Sequence record: DRR723986_22395
DNA: 53,066 nucleotides
Reading direction: 5' to 3' (one strand)
Below the pieces are notes generated by a model, which did not search any database, was not told the origin of the DNA, and saw nothing but the letters and a program-made list of their open reading frames with translations. Position numbers and translations under genes: made by a program. Positions 1 through 9,561 of this stretch are shown piece after piece (the stretch's first letter is position 1; each line of letters begins with the position of its first letter).

Positions 1-734
1 TATTAGGAGTTATAGGTGTATTATTCACTGCTTTGCTTCTGAAAAACATCCTGAAAACTGAGGAGAAAAGCTTCCTTATGGTAGAGCTTCCTACTTATCG
101 CGCCCCTCGTTGGTTAGACGTACTGATGACCATGTACAATAAGTCCAAAACTTTTGTGTTTGAGGCTGGTAAAGTTATCCTTGCGATTTCAGTAATACTT
201 TGGGTATTGGCTTCCTATGGCCCGCCTGAGAGAATGGATTCTATTCGAGCTGAAAGCGAAGTGAAATTAGCGCAGGCAACTCCCGAGGAAATTCCTGAAA
301 TCGAAAATGAGACTTCTTCCCTCCTACTTGAGAACTCTTTCATTGGGATTATGGGAAGAGCAATTGAGCCGGTAATCCGACCATTAGGATACGATTGGAA
401 AATTGGAATCGCATTGATTGCATCATTTGCAGCACGTGAAGTGTTTGTATCAACAATTGCTACTATATATAGCATAGGGGCAGATACAGAAGATGAGCTT
501 ACTATCCGACAAAAATTGAATCAGCAAATCAATCCTACAACTGGAGATAAAGTTTATAATAAAGCCACCGCATTTTCACTGATGGTATTCTACGCATTCG
601 CCATGCAGTGTATGAGTACGCTTGCCGTGGTGTATAGGGAAACCAAAGGCTGGAAATGGCCGTTGATTCAGACAGTATATATGACTGCACTGGCCTATTT
701 ATCGGCCTTGCTGGTCTATCAAATTTTATCCTAA
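1..734 (+). CDS. feoB: Ferrous iron transport protein B, C-terminal part (5' truncated by window edge)
   Basis: Frame is open from base 3. FeoB gate/C-terminal motifs: MVELPTYRAP, PLGYDWKIGIALIASFAAREVFVST, FYAFAMQCMSTLAV. Confidence 0.95.
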   Translation, partial: LGVIGVLFTALLLKNILKTEEKSFLMVELPTYRAPRWLDVLMTMYNKSKTFVFEAGKVILAISVILWVLASYGPPERMDSIRAESEVKLAQATPEEIPEIENETSSLLLENSFIGIMGRAIEPVIRPLGYDWKIGIALIASFAAREVFVSTIATIYSIGADTEDELTIRQKLNQQINPTTGDKVYNKATAFSLMVFYAFAMQCMSTLAVVYRETKGWKWPLIQTVYMTALAYLSALLVYQILS

Positions 735-735
735 T

Positions 736-852
736 ATGTGGCAGGAAATCATCGTTGGAGTAGTAGTTATAGCAGCTTTGGCTTTTTTGGTAAAGAAGTA
801 TTTCTTCAAATCAAAAACTGAAGCTGGATGTGATAAATGTGCCAAACCTTGA
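736..852 (+). CDS. FeoB-associated Cys-rich small membrane protein (38 aa, not in ORF track)
   Basis: ATG 1 nt after the feoB stop. MWQEIIVGVVVIAALAFLVKKYFFKSKTEAGCDKCAKP has one TM helix followed by CxxC, the usual form of the small protein downstream of feoB. Confidence 0.85.
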   Translation: MWQEIIVGVVVIAALAFLVKKYFFKSKTEAGCDKCAKP

Positions 853-903
853 TTTTTACACTAAATAATCTCTTAATGCTAGTTTTTTGATACTTTTAGG
901 CTC

Positions 904-2379
904 ATGGGCAAAGTAGCCAAGCAGAGTATTCAAACCGCCTTTTTTTCTTACCTGGGAGTAGTGATAGGGTATGTCAATGTACTTTGGCTCTATCCTTATG
1001 CCTTAGATGCTTCTGAGTTAGGTGCCTTTCGCACAATCCAGGACTTAGGATTACTATTCGTTCCTTTTGCCCAGCTTGGAGTTGGACATGGGATAACTCG
1101 ATTTTTCCCTCAGCTCAAATCAAATCAATCAGCTTTCCTAAGTTATGGCTTAGTCTTTTCCATGGCTGGTTTCGCATTGGTAAGCGCTATTTTTTTAGGT
1201 TTTAGGACTGAAATCATCAATCTTTTTGCGGTAAATTCCCCTGAAGTAATTGACTTTTTCGGAGTGGTTCTTTTGATCACACTTTTTGCGCTATTGAGTA
1301 GTATCCTAGACGCTTATAGTCGGTCTTATGTAAAAGTCGCAGTACCTACACTAGTTAGAGAAGTATTTCTTCGTTTACTCACAGGAATTCTCGTAGGCGC
1401 TTACCTTCTTAAATGGATCAGTTTCCAACAGGTAATGCAAGGCCTGGTGCTAGTGTATGGATTAGCTTTTTTAGGCGTATTAGTCTATTTACTTTGGCTT
1501 AGAGTACTAAAATTAGATTTCCATTGGAATACTTTTCCGAAAGGTTTTCGAACCTCTTTCATTGGCTTTAGTCTGATCACTTTTCTTGCTACCGCAGCCT
1601 CCACCTTAATCATGAAGATAGACAGCATCATGGTGAGTTCTATGATCAGTCTTGAAGCAAATGCCATTTACACCATAGCTTTTAGTATGGCTTTGGTGAT
1701 AGAATTACCTCGTAGAGCCATCTCTCAGGTGGTAATGCCAGTCATTGCAGATCATTTTGCAACTGGAAACTTAGGAGAAATCAACAAGCTGTATAAGCAG
1801 ATTTCAAATCGCCAACTTTATATCTGCTTACTTCTTTTCATTGGGTTATGGGCCAACTTGGATGCATTGTATTTTTTTATTCCAAACCGGGAAATCTATG
1901 AGGCAGGAAAGCATGTGGTAGTTCTGATTGGCTTTGGAAAACTGCTTGATGTTGTATTCTCCGTCAATGGTGAAATCTTAGTTTTCTCAAAGCATTATCG
2001 GTTTAATCTGATAGCTACTATTGGAATGAGTGTTTTAATTATCGGGTTAAATTATCTCTTAATCCCTATCTATGGAATCGACGGGGCAGCAATGGCATCA
2101 GTGGCAGTAATGTTTCTCTTTAATCTGGTAAAATTCCTGTTCTTAAAAATCAAGTTAGGTTTTGACCCTTTCTCAAAAGAAACTTTAAAAATAATTTTTG
2201 TTGGTTTTATTGCTTACAGCCCAAGTTTGGCAGGTTCATTTACCCAATCTCCTATTACAAATATTATTATAACCAGTATGGTTGTTGTTGGTTTTTATTG
2301 GTTTTGGTCAAGGATAATTGGTGTAGGAAATGATGAGTGGGAATGGATAAAAAATAAAATAAAAAAGTCCGGATCTTAG
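904..2379 (+). CDS. Polysaccharide/oligosaccharide flippase (Wzx/MOP superfamily)
   Basis: 491 aa, many TM helices, IDSIMV...AIYTIA and LIPIYGIDGAAMAS motifs typical of MATE-like flippases. Confidence 0.8.
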   Translation: MGKVAKQSIQTAFFSYLGVVIGYVNVLWLYPYALDASELGAFRTIQDLGLLFVPFAQLGVGHGITRFFPQLKSNQSAFLSYGLVFSMAGFALVSAIFLGFRTEIINLFAVNSPEVIDFFGVVLLITLFALLSSILDAYSRSYVKVAVPTLVREVFLRLLTGILVGAYLLKWISFQQVMQGLVLVYGLAFLGVLVYLLWLRVLKLDFHWNTFPKGFRTSFIGFSLITFLATAASTLIMKIDSIMVSSMISLEANAIYTIAFSMALVIELPRRAISQVVMPVIADHFATGNLGEINKLYKQISNRQLYICLLLFIGLWANLDALYFFIPNREIYEAGKHVVVLIGFGKLLDVVFSVNGEILVFSKHYRFNLIATIGMSVLIIGLNYLLIPIYGIDGAAMASVAVMFLFNLVKFLFLKIKLGFDPFSKETLKIIFVGFIAYSPSLAGSFTQSPITNIIITSMVVVGFYWFWSRIIGVGNDEWEWIKNKIKKSGS

Positions 2380-2557
2380 AGTGTTGCAAACCTCCTACTT
2401 GACAAGATTTGAGCTGCCTGTTAACCGCAAACTTCCACTGTTATCCTGATTCTTACGAATCGAGGTCCCGCAGATGCGGGATGAGGCCTGCTTTTGGGAA
2501 GGGCTTCACTCGGTAAATTTGTAATTTGTGAAGTTTGAACATGTCGGCGACCCGGAC
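2367..2557 (-). ncRNA. Structured ~190-nt ncRNA, probable 6S RNA (SsrS-like)
   Basis: Minus-strand TATATTTG promoter lies just upstream. 5' GTCCGGGTC pairs with 3' GATCCGGAC, and TGTT-CAAACTTC pairs with GAGGTTTG-C-AACA. There is an A/U-rich central bubble, a GAG..GCC/GGC..CTC stem, apical hairpins and a U-tract after the 3' end. Confidence 0.7.
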
Positions 2558-2561
2558 AGTA

Positions 2562-2569
2562 CAAATATA
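2562..2569 (-). promoter_or_regulatory. Bacteroidota housekeeping -7 element (TATATTTG) for the ncRNA
   Basis: Exact TAnnTTTG match 4 nt upstream of the RNA closing stem. A TTTG lies at 2593-2596 on the same strand. Confidence 0.7.
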
Positions 2570-2782
2570 CGATTTATTACACGGCAGGTTGGCAAATCTG
2601 GAGTTTGATTCCGAATATGTATTTAGATCATTTTCGAAAACTCTGGATCTCAACCCATTAGTTCAGAATATTATTTAAGTTTTTCAACAAACCAATTCCC
2701 CACATAGTAGCAATAAGATGAATATCAGGATAATTCGAAATTATATTTCAACAATTACCTAAAGATATACTCTCAATACTGT

Positions 2783-2790
2783 TAAATTTG
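2783..2790 (+). promoter_or_regulatory. -7 promoter element (TAAATTTG) for usp
   Basis: TAnnTTTG match 24 nt before the ATG. Confidence 0.6.
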
Positions 2791-2814
2791 CATCTCTAAA
2801 ACCATTGGCGCATT

Positions 2815-3735
2815 ATGTATTTGATTAAAAAAATGGTCGTTTGCCTAGATCAAACTTCACTAGACCAAACCTTGATTCAGCATGCAGCTTTTATTGCTCA
2901 GGTGAATCAAACCAAAAAAATCTACTTCGTAAATGTGATAAAAAACCTAAGCATTCCGAAAGAGGTGCTTGAGGAATTTCCGAATTTGGTGGAAAACATG
3001 GTCAATGAAAGACAGGAAGCCATGGAATCAATGGTGAAGGAGCATTTCAATCATCCCAAAGGAATTTCTCTAAACTTTATTGTCAAAGAAGGTTCCCTGT
3101 CTAAGAAAATCTTAAAACTCGCTGAAGAAAAATCAGCCGATATGATTCTGATTGGCAGAAAGGTGCATTTGCCGGGAACAGGAGTTGCATCCACAAGATT
3201 GGCAAGAAGGGCAAGCTGCTCACTGTTAATTGTCCCTGAAGGATCCGTCACTAAAATGAAGCGCTTGCTCGTTCCAAGTGATTTCTCAGATTACTCAAAA
3301 GATGCTTTGGAAGAAGCAATCATGATAGCAGAAAAACACGGTGGACTTGAGATTGTATGTCAGAACGTCTTTACTGTACCTTCTGGATATCATTATACTG
3401 GCAAAAGCTACGAGGAATTCACGCAAATCATGCGATTGCATGCCGAAATTAATTACAAGAAATTTATTCGTAAAATAGACACCAAGGGAAACAAAATCAT
3501 TCCTGTTTATACTCAGGACGTCAACGATGACCCTGTAGAGGAAATCGTAGCAAAAGCTAAGGAAATAGATGCGGATGGGATTATTATTGGTGCCAAAGGT
3601 AGAACTGCTGCCACAGCCCTTTTCATTGGAAGTATGGCAGAAAGACTGATTCAGTACAATGACAGCATACCACTACTGGTAACACGACCAAAAGGTAAAA
3701 ATGCCGGAATTTTAGACTACATACTAGAGATTTAA
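2815..3735 (+). CDS. Universal stress protein (tandem Usp domains)
   Basis: Two Usp repeats: ADMILIGRK...ASCSLLIVP and LLVPSDFSDYS...IIIGAKGRT...FIGSMAERLI...PLLV. Confidence 0.9.
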   Translation: MYLIKKMVVCLDQTSLDQTLIQHAAFIAQVNQTKKIYFVNVIKNLSIPKEVLEEFPNLVENMVNERQEAMESMVKEHFNHPKGISLNFIVKEGSLSKKILKLAEEKSADMILIGRKVHLPGTGVASTRLARRASCSLLIVPEGSVTKMKRLLVPSDFSDYSKDALEEAIMIAEKHGGLEIVCQNVFTVPSGYHYTGKSYEEFTQIMRLHAEINYKKFIRKIDTKGNKIIPVYTQDVNDDPVEEIVAKAKEIDADGIIIGAKGRTAATALFIGSMAERLIQYNDSIPLLVTRPKGKNAGILDYILEI

Positions 3736-3802
3736 TTACATCTAATAAATGATTTTTTCTCGCTGAAAACCAAGCCTTAAACCTCAACTTTTACTGGCTT
3801 AC

Positions 3803-3830
3803 TAAACCCTTTCATGTAAATTTGGTCTAA
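3803..3830 (+). promoter_or_regulatory. Putative ECF promoter TAAAC-N17-GTCTAA upstream of the sigma gene (overlaps TAAATTTG at 3817-3824)
   Basis: The same bipartite motif and spacing recur at 4384-4411. The AAC / GTC cores are ECF-like. Confidence 0.6.
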
Positions 3831-3837
3831 CAGGCGA

Positions 3838-4386
3838 ATGAATATAAACGGTGACCAGGAAATCCTTCAGCTCATACAAGATCCCATAACTAGGGACCTG
3901 GGGTTCAGGCAGCTAATCCAGGCTTACCAAAAACGAGTATATCATGTGATCAGAAGAATGGTTTTGATTCATGAAGATGCAGATGATATCACCCAAAACA
4001 CCTTCATTAAGGCACATCAACACATAGACAAGTTTCAAGGACAATCAAGCCTGTTTACTTGGCTGTATAGAATTGCTACTAATGAATCGTTGACCTTCTT
4101 AGAAAAGAAGAAAAAAAGATATTTCTTCTCTATTGATGATCATCAGGAAAAAATGGAATCTTACATAGATCAACCTGGTAATATCGACGGAGATGAAATA
4201 CAACGCCTACTCCAGAAAGCGTTGCTAACCCTTCCCGACAAGCAAAGACTAGTATTTCATTTGAAATACCAAGACGAACTTACCTATGAAGAAATGTCTG
4301 AAATTACAGGCACCAGTATAGGAGCGCTAAAGGCCAGCTATCATCATGCTGTGAAAAAAATCGAACATTCCTTAACATTAGAATAA
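3838..4386 (+). CDS. RNA polymerase ECF-type sigma-70 factor
   Basis: Region 2 DADDITQNTFIKA...FTWLYRIATN and region 4 LPDKQRLVFHLKY..LTYEEMSEITG. Confidence 0.95.
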   Translation: MNINGDQEILQLIQDPITRDLGFRQLIQAYQKRVYHVIRRMVLIHEDADDITQNTFIKAHQHIDKFQGQSSLFTWLYRIATNESLTFLEKKKKRYFFSIDDHQEKMESYIDQPGNIDGDEIQRLLQKALLTLPDKQRLVFHLKYQDELTYEEMSEITGTSIGALKASYHHAVKKIEHSLTLE

Positions 4387-4411
4387 ACTATTGACACTCT
4401 ACCCAGTCTAA
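4384..4411 (+). promoter_or_regulatory. Second TAAAC-N17-GTCTAA copy, overlapping the sigma stop codon, upstream of the anti-sigma gene
   Basis: Identical elements and 17-nt spacer to 3803-3830. Confidence 0.6.
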
Positions 4412-4420
4412 ATATATACC

Positions 4421-4780
4421 ATGCAAAAAATTCCAAAAATAAAGGATTTTAAGGCACCCGATAATTACTTCGATAGCCTCCCGGATAATATAATGGATAG
4501 AATCAAACCTAATCGATCTATCAATTGGATGAAATACGCGGCTGTGGCCGCAGTCCTTGTCGTGAGCTTAGGAGTTTGGCAATTCAATTCCTCGAATTCC
4601 CAGTTAGAAACTTTTTCTATGGATGAAGAAGTTAATCTATATATAGAAAGTCAATTTTGGACAGCAGAAGATGTGCTCAGTATGGTCGACAATCCCGAAG
4701 AAATTTTAGATCAGATCATTGCGGAGGAGATGTTATATGAAGTGGATAACATAGACGAAACTGATCAAAACTGGTATTAA
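4421..4780 (+). CDS. Putative single-TM anti-sigma factor
   Basis: Directly after the ECF gene. FKAPDNYFDSL N-terminal motif, WMKYAAVAAVLVV TM helix, acidic C-terminus. Confidence 0.75.
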   Translation: MQKIPKIKDFKAPDNYFDSLPDNIMDRIKPNRSINWMKYAAVAAVLVVSLGVWQFNSSNSQLETFSMDEEVNLYIESQFWTAEDVLSMVDNPEEILDQIIAEEMLYEVDNIDETDQNWY

Positions 4781-4888
4781 GCTTATAAAACTACGGACTT
4801 ACAAATGATTGTAAGTGTTCCGAAAACCATACTAAGAGGGATGATTAATCACCCTGAGAATCTTCCTCTGAAAATAAAAAATAAACAC

Positions 4889-5329
4889 ATGAAAAATTTT
4901 ATAATAATAGTACTCATGTTTTTCCTAGCTGTAGGATCTACCTATGGCCAGCGTCAAGGAGAAAGATATGATCGTGAAAAATTAGAAGCTGCAAGAGTTG
5001 CTTTTATCACTACTAGATTGGACCTAAAGCCAGAACAGGCTCAGAAATTTTGGCCTATCTACAATGTCTTCAATGAATCCCGTGAAAAAAGTCTCAGAGA
5101 AATGTCAGAATTAGGTAAAACAAGAGATATTGACCTGTCAGAAGCAGATGCCAAAGCAAGACTAGCCAGAAAATTCGAGATTGAGCGAAAAATGATTGTT
5201 GACGAAGAGAAGTTCGTAAAAGACTTATCCAACGTAATCACATACAATCAAATTATTCAACTAAACGGATTGTCCAGAGAATTTGCCAGACACATTTATC
5301 AACGGCAAAAGAATGATGATAAAAAATAA
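4889..5329 (+). CDS. Secreted Spy/CpxP-like helical protein (ECF-associated sensor)
   Basis: Start moved to ATG 4889, which gives the signal peptide MKNFIIIVLMFFLAVGSTYG. KLEAARVAFITTRLDLKPEQAQKFWPIY is LTxxQ-like. Confidence 0.7.
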   Translation: MKNFIIIVLMFFLAVGSTYGQRQGERYDREKLEAARVAFITTRLDLKPEQAQKFWPIYNVFNESREKSLREMSELGKTRDIDLSEADAKARLARKFEIERKMIVDEEKFVKDLSNVITYNQIIQLNGLSREFARHIYQRQKNDDKK

Positions 5330-5353
5330 AAAAGCGGCATAAGCCGCTTTTTT
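5328..5353. terminator. Bidirectional intrinsic terminator
   Basis: AAAAAAGCGGC-ataa-GCCGCTTTTTT between convergent genes. Confidence 0.85.
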
Positions 5354-5357
5354 ATTT

Positions 5358-5774
5358 TTATTTTTTCAAGAGATCTCTAATTTCTTCTAGTAAAACCTCA
5401 GACTTAGGTGGTGCTGGTGGTGGAGGTGCCGGTGCAGCTTCTTCCTTCTTTTTCATACTATTAATTGCCTTTACAGCCATAAATATCACAAATGCAACGA
5501 TTATAAAATCTACCACATTTTGGATAAAGATACCATACGTCAATAAAACCGGGCCTAGCTCTTCTCCAGCTGGGCCTACGCTACTTTCCTTGAGCACGAT
5601 GGCCAAGTCAGTAAATTCTACTCCTCCCAGCAATACTCCGATTGGAGGCATTACGATGTCCTTGACAAAAGACGCTACGATCTTGCCAAACGCACCGCCT
5701 ATAATCACGGCAACTGCCAGATCGACCACATTGCCTTTGACAGCAAATTCTTTAAACTCTTTAAGAAATCCCAT
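5358..5774 (-). CDS. mscL: Large-conductance mechanosensitive channel
   Basis: [27 protein letters not shown] and C-terminal [10 protein letters not shown]. Confidence 0.98.
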   Translation of the reverse strand: MGFLKEFKEFAVKGNVVDLAVAVIIGGAFGKIVASFVKDIVMPPIGVLLGGVEFTDLAIVLKESSVGPAGEELGPVLLTYGIFIQNVVDFIIVAFVIFMAVKAINSMKKKEEAAPAPPPPAPPKSEVLLEEIRDLLKK

Positions 5775-5961
5775 ACGATTTTGGTTAATGGTTATATTAT
5801 TTATTGAATATTTTAAAAAATATTTACCAATCCAAGGAATGAACGGTTACTAAGTCATTTTAATTAGTAAAAAGTGCAGTTCATAGCTCATATTCCAACT
5901 AGAAAGCGAACTCTGGCGCCGTTTTTTTCCTTAACATTGCAAGCTTAATTACTCAATAAAA

Positions 5962-8016
5962 ATGCAGGCACCTAAAGCCAAAAAAATAGCCCATTTATTA
6001 GAAACACATGGGCATCAACGCATCGATAATTATTATTGGATGCGAGATAGAGAAAACCCAGAGGTAATAGAATATTTAAATGCTGAGAATGATTACCTGA
6101 AATCAAGTTTAAAATCTACAGAAAAATTTCAGGAAGAGCTTTTTCAGGAAATGAAAAGTAGAATAAAGGAAGATGACGAAAGTGTTCCTTACTTCAAATC
6201 CGGCTATTACTGGTACATCAAATATGAGACTGGAGGAGAATATCCACTGTATTGCCGCAAAAAAGGGAATTTGGATGCGCCGGAAGAGGTATTCTTAAAT
6301 GTTAATTTACTTGCAGAAGGCAAGGCATACTACCTTGTTGGGGGAACTGCAGCCACTCCAGATCTTAAAACTCTGGCTTTTGCTAGTGATCAAGTGGGCA
6401 GAAGAATCTATGAGATTCACTTCAAAAACCTTGAAACTGGAGAGATCCTCCCAGATAATATCCCAGCTATCACGGGTAATTTTGCCTGGGCAGCAGATAA
6501 TCAAACGCTGTTTTACTCCAAACAAGACCCTGACACACTTCGCTCCTATCAGATCTATTCACATAGACTTGGAACTCCTACAGCTGAGGACAGACTTATT
6601 TATGAAGAAAAAGATGAGGAATTTTCATGCGTAGTTCATAAGACTAAGTCTGAAAAATATATCCTTATCCATTCTGAAAGCACGATTTCTTCAGAAATAA
6701 GATTTTTGGATTCTGCTGATCCAACAAGCGAATTCAGATTACTTCAAGCCAGAATTCCATATGTGGAATATGCTGCTGATCACTATCAGGACCACTTCTG
6801 GATTAGAACAAATCATAAAGCACAGAACTTCAAGTTAGTCAAAACGCCAATAGCAAGCCCTGAGATTGAAAATTGGGAGGACGTAATTGAACATCGAGAA
6901 ACCGTTTTATTAGAAGACTTTGATATTTTCTCTCACTTCCTGGTTGTACAAGAAAGAACTAAAGGACTTTGTAAAATCAATATTAAACCTTGGGATGGAA
7001 CGCCTGGTCATTCCTTAGAGTTTGACGATGAAACTTACACTGCCTGGATAAGTACTAACCCGGAGTTTGAGACTTCAATTCTCCGATTCAGTTACAATTC
7101 CCTTGTAACTCCAGCCAGTACCTTTGATTACCACATGGTGACTAAAGAGAAAACTTTGCTGAAGCAACAAGAAATCATTGGTGGCTATGATAGCACACAA
7201 TACACCTCAGCTCGAATCTGGGCAAAAGCTGAAGATGGCGTAATGGTGCCCATTTCCTTGGTGTATAAAATTGACAAATTCTCTCCTGATGGTAACAATC
7301 CACTTTTGCTGTATTCCTATGGCTCCTACGGTTATAGCATGGATGCATATTTTTCCAGCAGTAGGCTAAGTCTGCTGGATAGAGGCTTTGTATTCGCAAT
7401 CGCACATATACGTGGCGGAGAAGACCTTGGCCGTATGTGGTATGAAGATGGAAAAATGCTGAAAAAGCGAAATACATTCACCGATTACATCACATGTGCC
7501 GAACACCTTATCTCCCAGAAATACACTTCAGCATCCCATTTATACGGTATGGGAGGAAGTGCTGGAGGATTGTTAATGGGAGCTGTAATGAATATGAGGC
7601 CTGATTTATTCAATGGACTAATCGCAGCAGTTCCTTTTGTGGATGTAGTAACTACCATGCTGGATGAAAGTATCCCTTTGACCACGGGAGAATTTCAAGA
7701 ATGGGGTAACCCAAAGAACAAAGATTATTACGAATATATGCTTTCTTATTCTCCATACGATAATGTAGAGGCTAAAGAATATCCGAATTTATTGATTACC
7801 TCTGGTCTTCATGATAGTCAGGTGCAATATTGGGAACCTACTAAGTGGGTGGCAAAATTAAGGGATATGAAAACAGACTCTAAGTTGCTTTTCTTACATA
7901 CTAATATGGATGCAGGACATGGGGGCGCTTCAGGAAGATTTAATTCCCTCAAAGAAATGGCACTGGAATACACTTTCCTACTATACCTTGAGAATAGAAT
8001 CCCAAGTAAATATTAA
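5962..8016 (+). CDS. ptrB: Oligopeptidase B (protease II, S9A)
   Basis: HGHQRIDNYYWMRD start, GGSAGGLL nucleophile, HDSQVQYWEP, DAGHGGASGRF. TAACATTG promoter-like element upstream. Confidence 0.93.
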   Translation: MQAPKAKKIAHLLETHGHQRIDNYYWMRDRENPEVIEYLNAENDYLKSSLKSTEKFQEELFQEMKSRIKEDDESVPYFKSGYYWYIKYETGGEYPLYCRKKGNLDAPEEVFLNVNLLAEGKAYYLVGGTAATPDLKTLAFASDQVGRRIYEIHFKNLETGEILPDNIPAITGNFAWAADNQTLFYSKQDPDTLRSYQIYSHRLGTPTAEDRLIYEEKDEEFSCVVHKTKSEKYILIHSESTISSEIRFLDSADPTSEFRLLQARIPYVEYAADHYQDHFWIRTNHKAQNFKLVKTPIASPEIENWEDVIEHRETVLLEDFDIFSHFLVVQERTKGLCKINIKPWDGTPGHSLEFDDETYTAWISTNPEFETSILRFSYNSLVTPASTFDYHMVTKEKTLLKQQEIIGGYDSTQYTSARIWAKAEDGVMVPISLVYKIDKFSPDGNNPLLLYSYGSYGYSMDAYFSSSRLSLLDRGFVFAIAHIRGGEDLGRMWYEDGKMLKKRNTFTDYITCAEHLISQKYTSASHLYGMGGSAGGLLMGAVMNMRPDLFNGLIAAVPFVDVVTTMLDESIPLTTGEFQEWGNPKNKDYYEYMLSYSPYDNVEAKEYPNLLITSGLHDSQVQYWEPTKWVAKLRDMKTDSKLLFLHTNMDAGHGGASGRFNSLKEMALEYTFLLYLENRIPSKY

Positions 8017-8064
8017 GTCACCTTTAAATAATTTCCACCAGTCAAGTAGGGAAATATTTTTTCC

Positions 8065-8072
8065 TAACTTTG
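8065..8072 (+). promoter_or_regulatory. -7 promoter element (TAACTTTG) for mgsA-pfkA
   Basis: Exact TAnnTTTG match 26 nt before mgsA. Confidence 0.65.
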
Positions 8073-8098
8073 ACACGAACCTATTATACTAACACTCT

Positions 8099-8470
8099 AT
8101 GAAAATAGCACTCATAGCCCATGACGGTAAAAAAGCCGACATGGTACATTTTTTAAGTGGATTCCGCGAAAGACTGCAGAAGGCAGATGTGGATTTAGTA
8201 GCTACAGGCACTACCGGCTCTCATATTGAAAAAGCTGGTTTTGAAGTTGAAAAATTACTTTCCGGACCCTACGGAGGTGATGCTCAAATTGCCGCTTTGG
8301 CTGCTCAAAAAGAGTTAGCAATGGTTGTTTTCTTCAGAGATCCACTTGACAAACATCCGCACGAACCAGATGTGCAAATGCTAATGAGGATATGTGACGT
8401 ACATAATATCCCTTTGGCAACCAACCCGGCTTCGGCCGACCTAATGTTTAAGGCCTTCACTCAAACCTAA
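8099..8470 (+). CDS. mgsA: Methylglyoxal synthase
   Basis: IALIAHDGKK, ATGTTG, SGPYGGDAQI, PHEPDVQMLMRICDVHNIPLATN. Confidence 0.97.
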   Translation: MKIALIAHDGKKADMVHFLSGFRERLQKADVDLVATGTTGSHIEKAGFEVEKLLSGPYGGDAQIAALAAQKELAMVVFFRDPLDKHPHEPDVQMLMRICDVHNIPLATNPASADLMFKAFTQT

Positions 8471-8473
8471 AAA

Positions 8474-9460
8474 ATGGAACCTAAAACGATTAAAAAAATT
8501 GGCGTATTAACTTCTGGAGGCGATTCTCCTGGAATGAATGCTGCAATCCGAGCTGTAGTAAGAGCAGGATTTTACTACGATATAGAAATGTATGGAATCT
8601 ACCGCGGTTACGAAGGGATGATTTCTAATGACATTAAAAAATTAGAGTCAAAGCACATTACTCATGTACTTGAGCGAGGTGGAACTTTCCTGAAGTCTGC
8701 AAGAAGTGCTGAATTCCGCACACCAGAAGGAAGACAAAAAGCCTATAATAATCTAAAAAGCCATGGCATTGATGCTTTGGTAGTTATTGGCGGGGATGGC
8801 TCTCTGACTGGAGCCCATTTATTCTATAAAGAATTTGGGATACCAGCTATTGGGCTTCCAGGAACGATAGACAATGACCTTTCCGGCACAGATTCCACCA
8901 TTGGATTTGACACAGCTTGTAACACGGCTATTGAGGCCATTGACAAGATCCGCGACACTGCAACTTCACATGACAGGCTTTTCTTCGTGGAGGTAATGGG
9001 AAGAGACGCAGGATTTATTGCTATCAATGCTGGTATTGGAAGTGCGGCAGCCGCTATCTTGATCCCAGAGAAGAAAATGCCTATTGAGCATTTGGTAGAC
9101 AAATTAAGGATAAGAACCAAAGCCAAAAAAGCATCCAACATTGTGATCGTAGCTGAAGGCGGAAAAAGCGGTGGTGCAACAGAAATTGCTGCACTAGTTT
9201 CAAAACACCTTCCTTACTATGACATCAAGGTGACTATTCTAGGGCATTTGCAAAGAGGTGGCTCTCCGAGTTCCTATGATCGTCTCCTAGCTTCCAAACT
9301 TGGTGTATCCGCAATTGAAGGATTGTTGCAAGGGAAATATGATGTGATGGCAGGGCTGATCAATAATAAGGTTGTTTACACGCCTATCAAAAAAGCAATC
9401 GTAGATGACAAATCAGTAGACGAAGATGATTTCCGAGTAGCTAAAATTTTATCTACTTAA
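8474..9460 (+). CDS. pfkA: ATP-dependent 6-phosphofructokinase
   Basis: LTSGGDSPGMNAAIR, GGDGS, PGTIDND, EVMGR, LGHLQRGG. Confidence 0.97.
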   Translation: MEPKTIKKIGVLTSGGDSPGMNAAIRAVVRAGFYYDIEMYGIYRGYEGMISNDIKKLESKHITHVLERGGTFLKSARSAEFRTPEGRQKAYNNLKSHGIDALVVIGGDGSLTGAHLFYKEFGIPAIGLPGTIDNDLSGTDSTIGFDTACNTAIEAIDKIRDTATSHDRLFFVEVMGRDAGFIAINAGIGSAAAAILIPEKKMPIEHLVDKLRIRTKAKKASNIVIVAEGGKSGGATEIAALVSKHLPYYDIKVTILGHLQRGGSPSSYDRLLASKLGVSAIEGLLQGKYDVMAGLINNKVVYTPIKKAIVDDKSVDEDDFRVAKILST

Positions 9461-9486
9461 TTATTCTTAAATATCTTAAAATTCAT

Positions 9487-9515
9487 AAGTCCAAGGTTGA
9501 GTCCTTGGACTTTTT
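9487..9515 (+). terminator. Intrinsic terminator after pfkA
   Basis: AAGTCCAAGG-ttgagt-CCTTGGACTT followed by T run. Confidence 0.8.
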
Positions 9516-9561
9516 GCTTTAGCTTAATCTCAATTTTAATCTACTCTTTAATAGCAGTTCA

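Noticed and set aside
2453-2653. 66-aa minus-strand ORF
   Set aside because: Non-ATG start, no family features, and it overlaps the promoter and body of the structured RNA.
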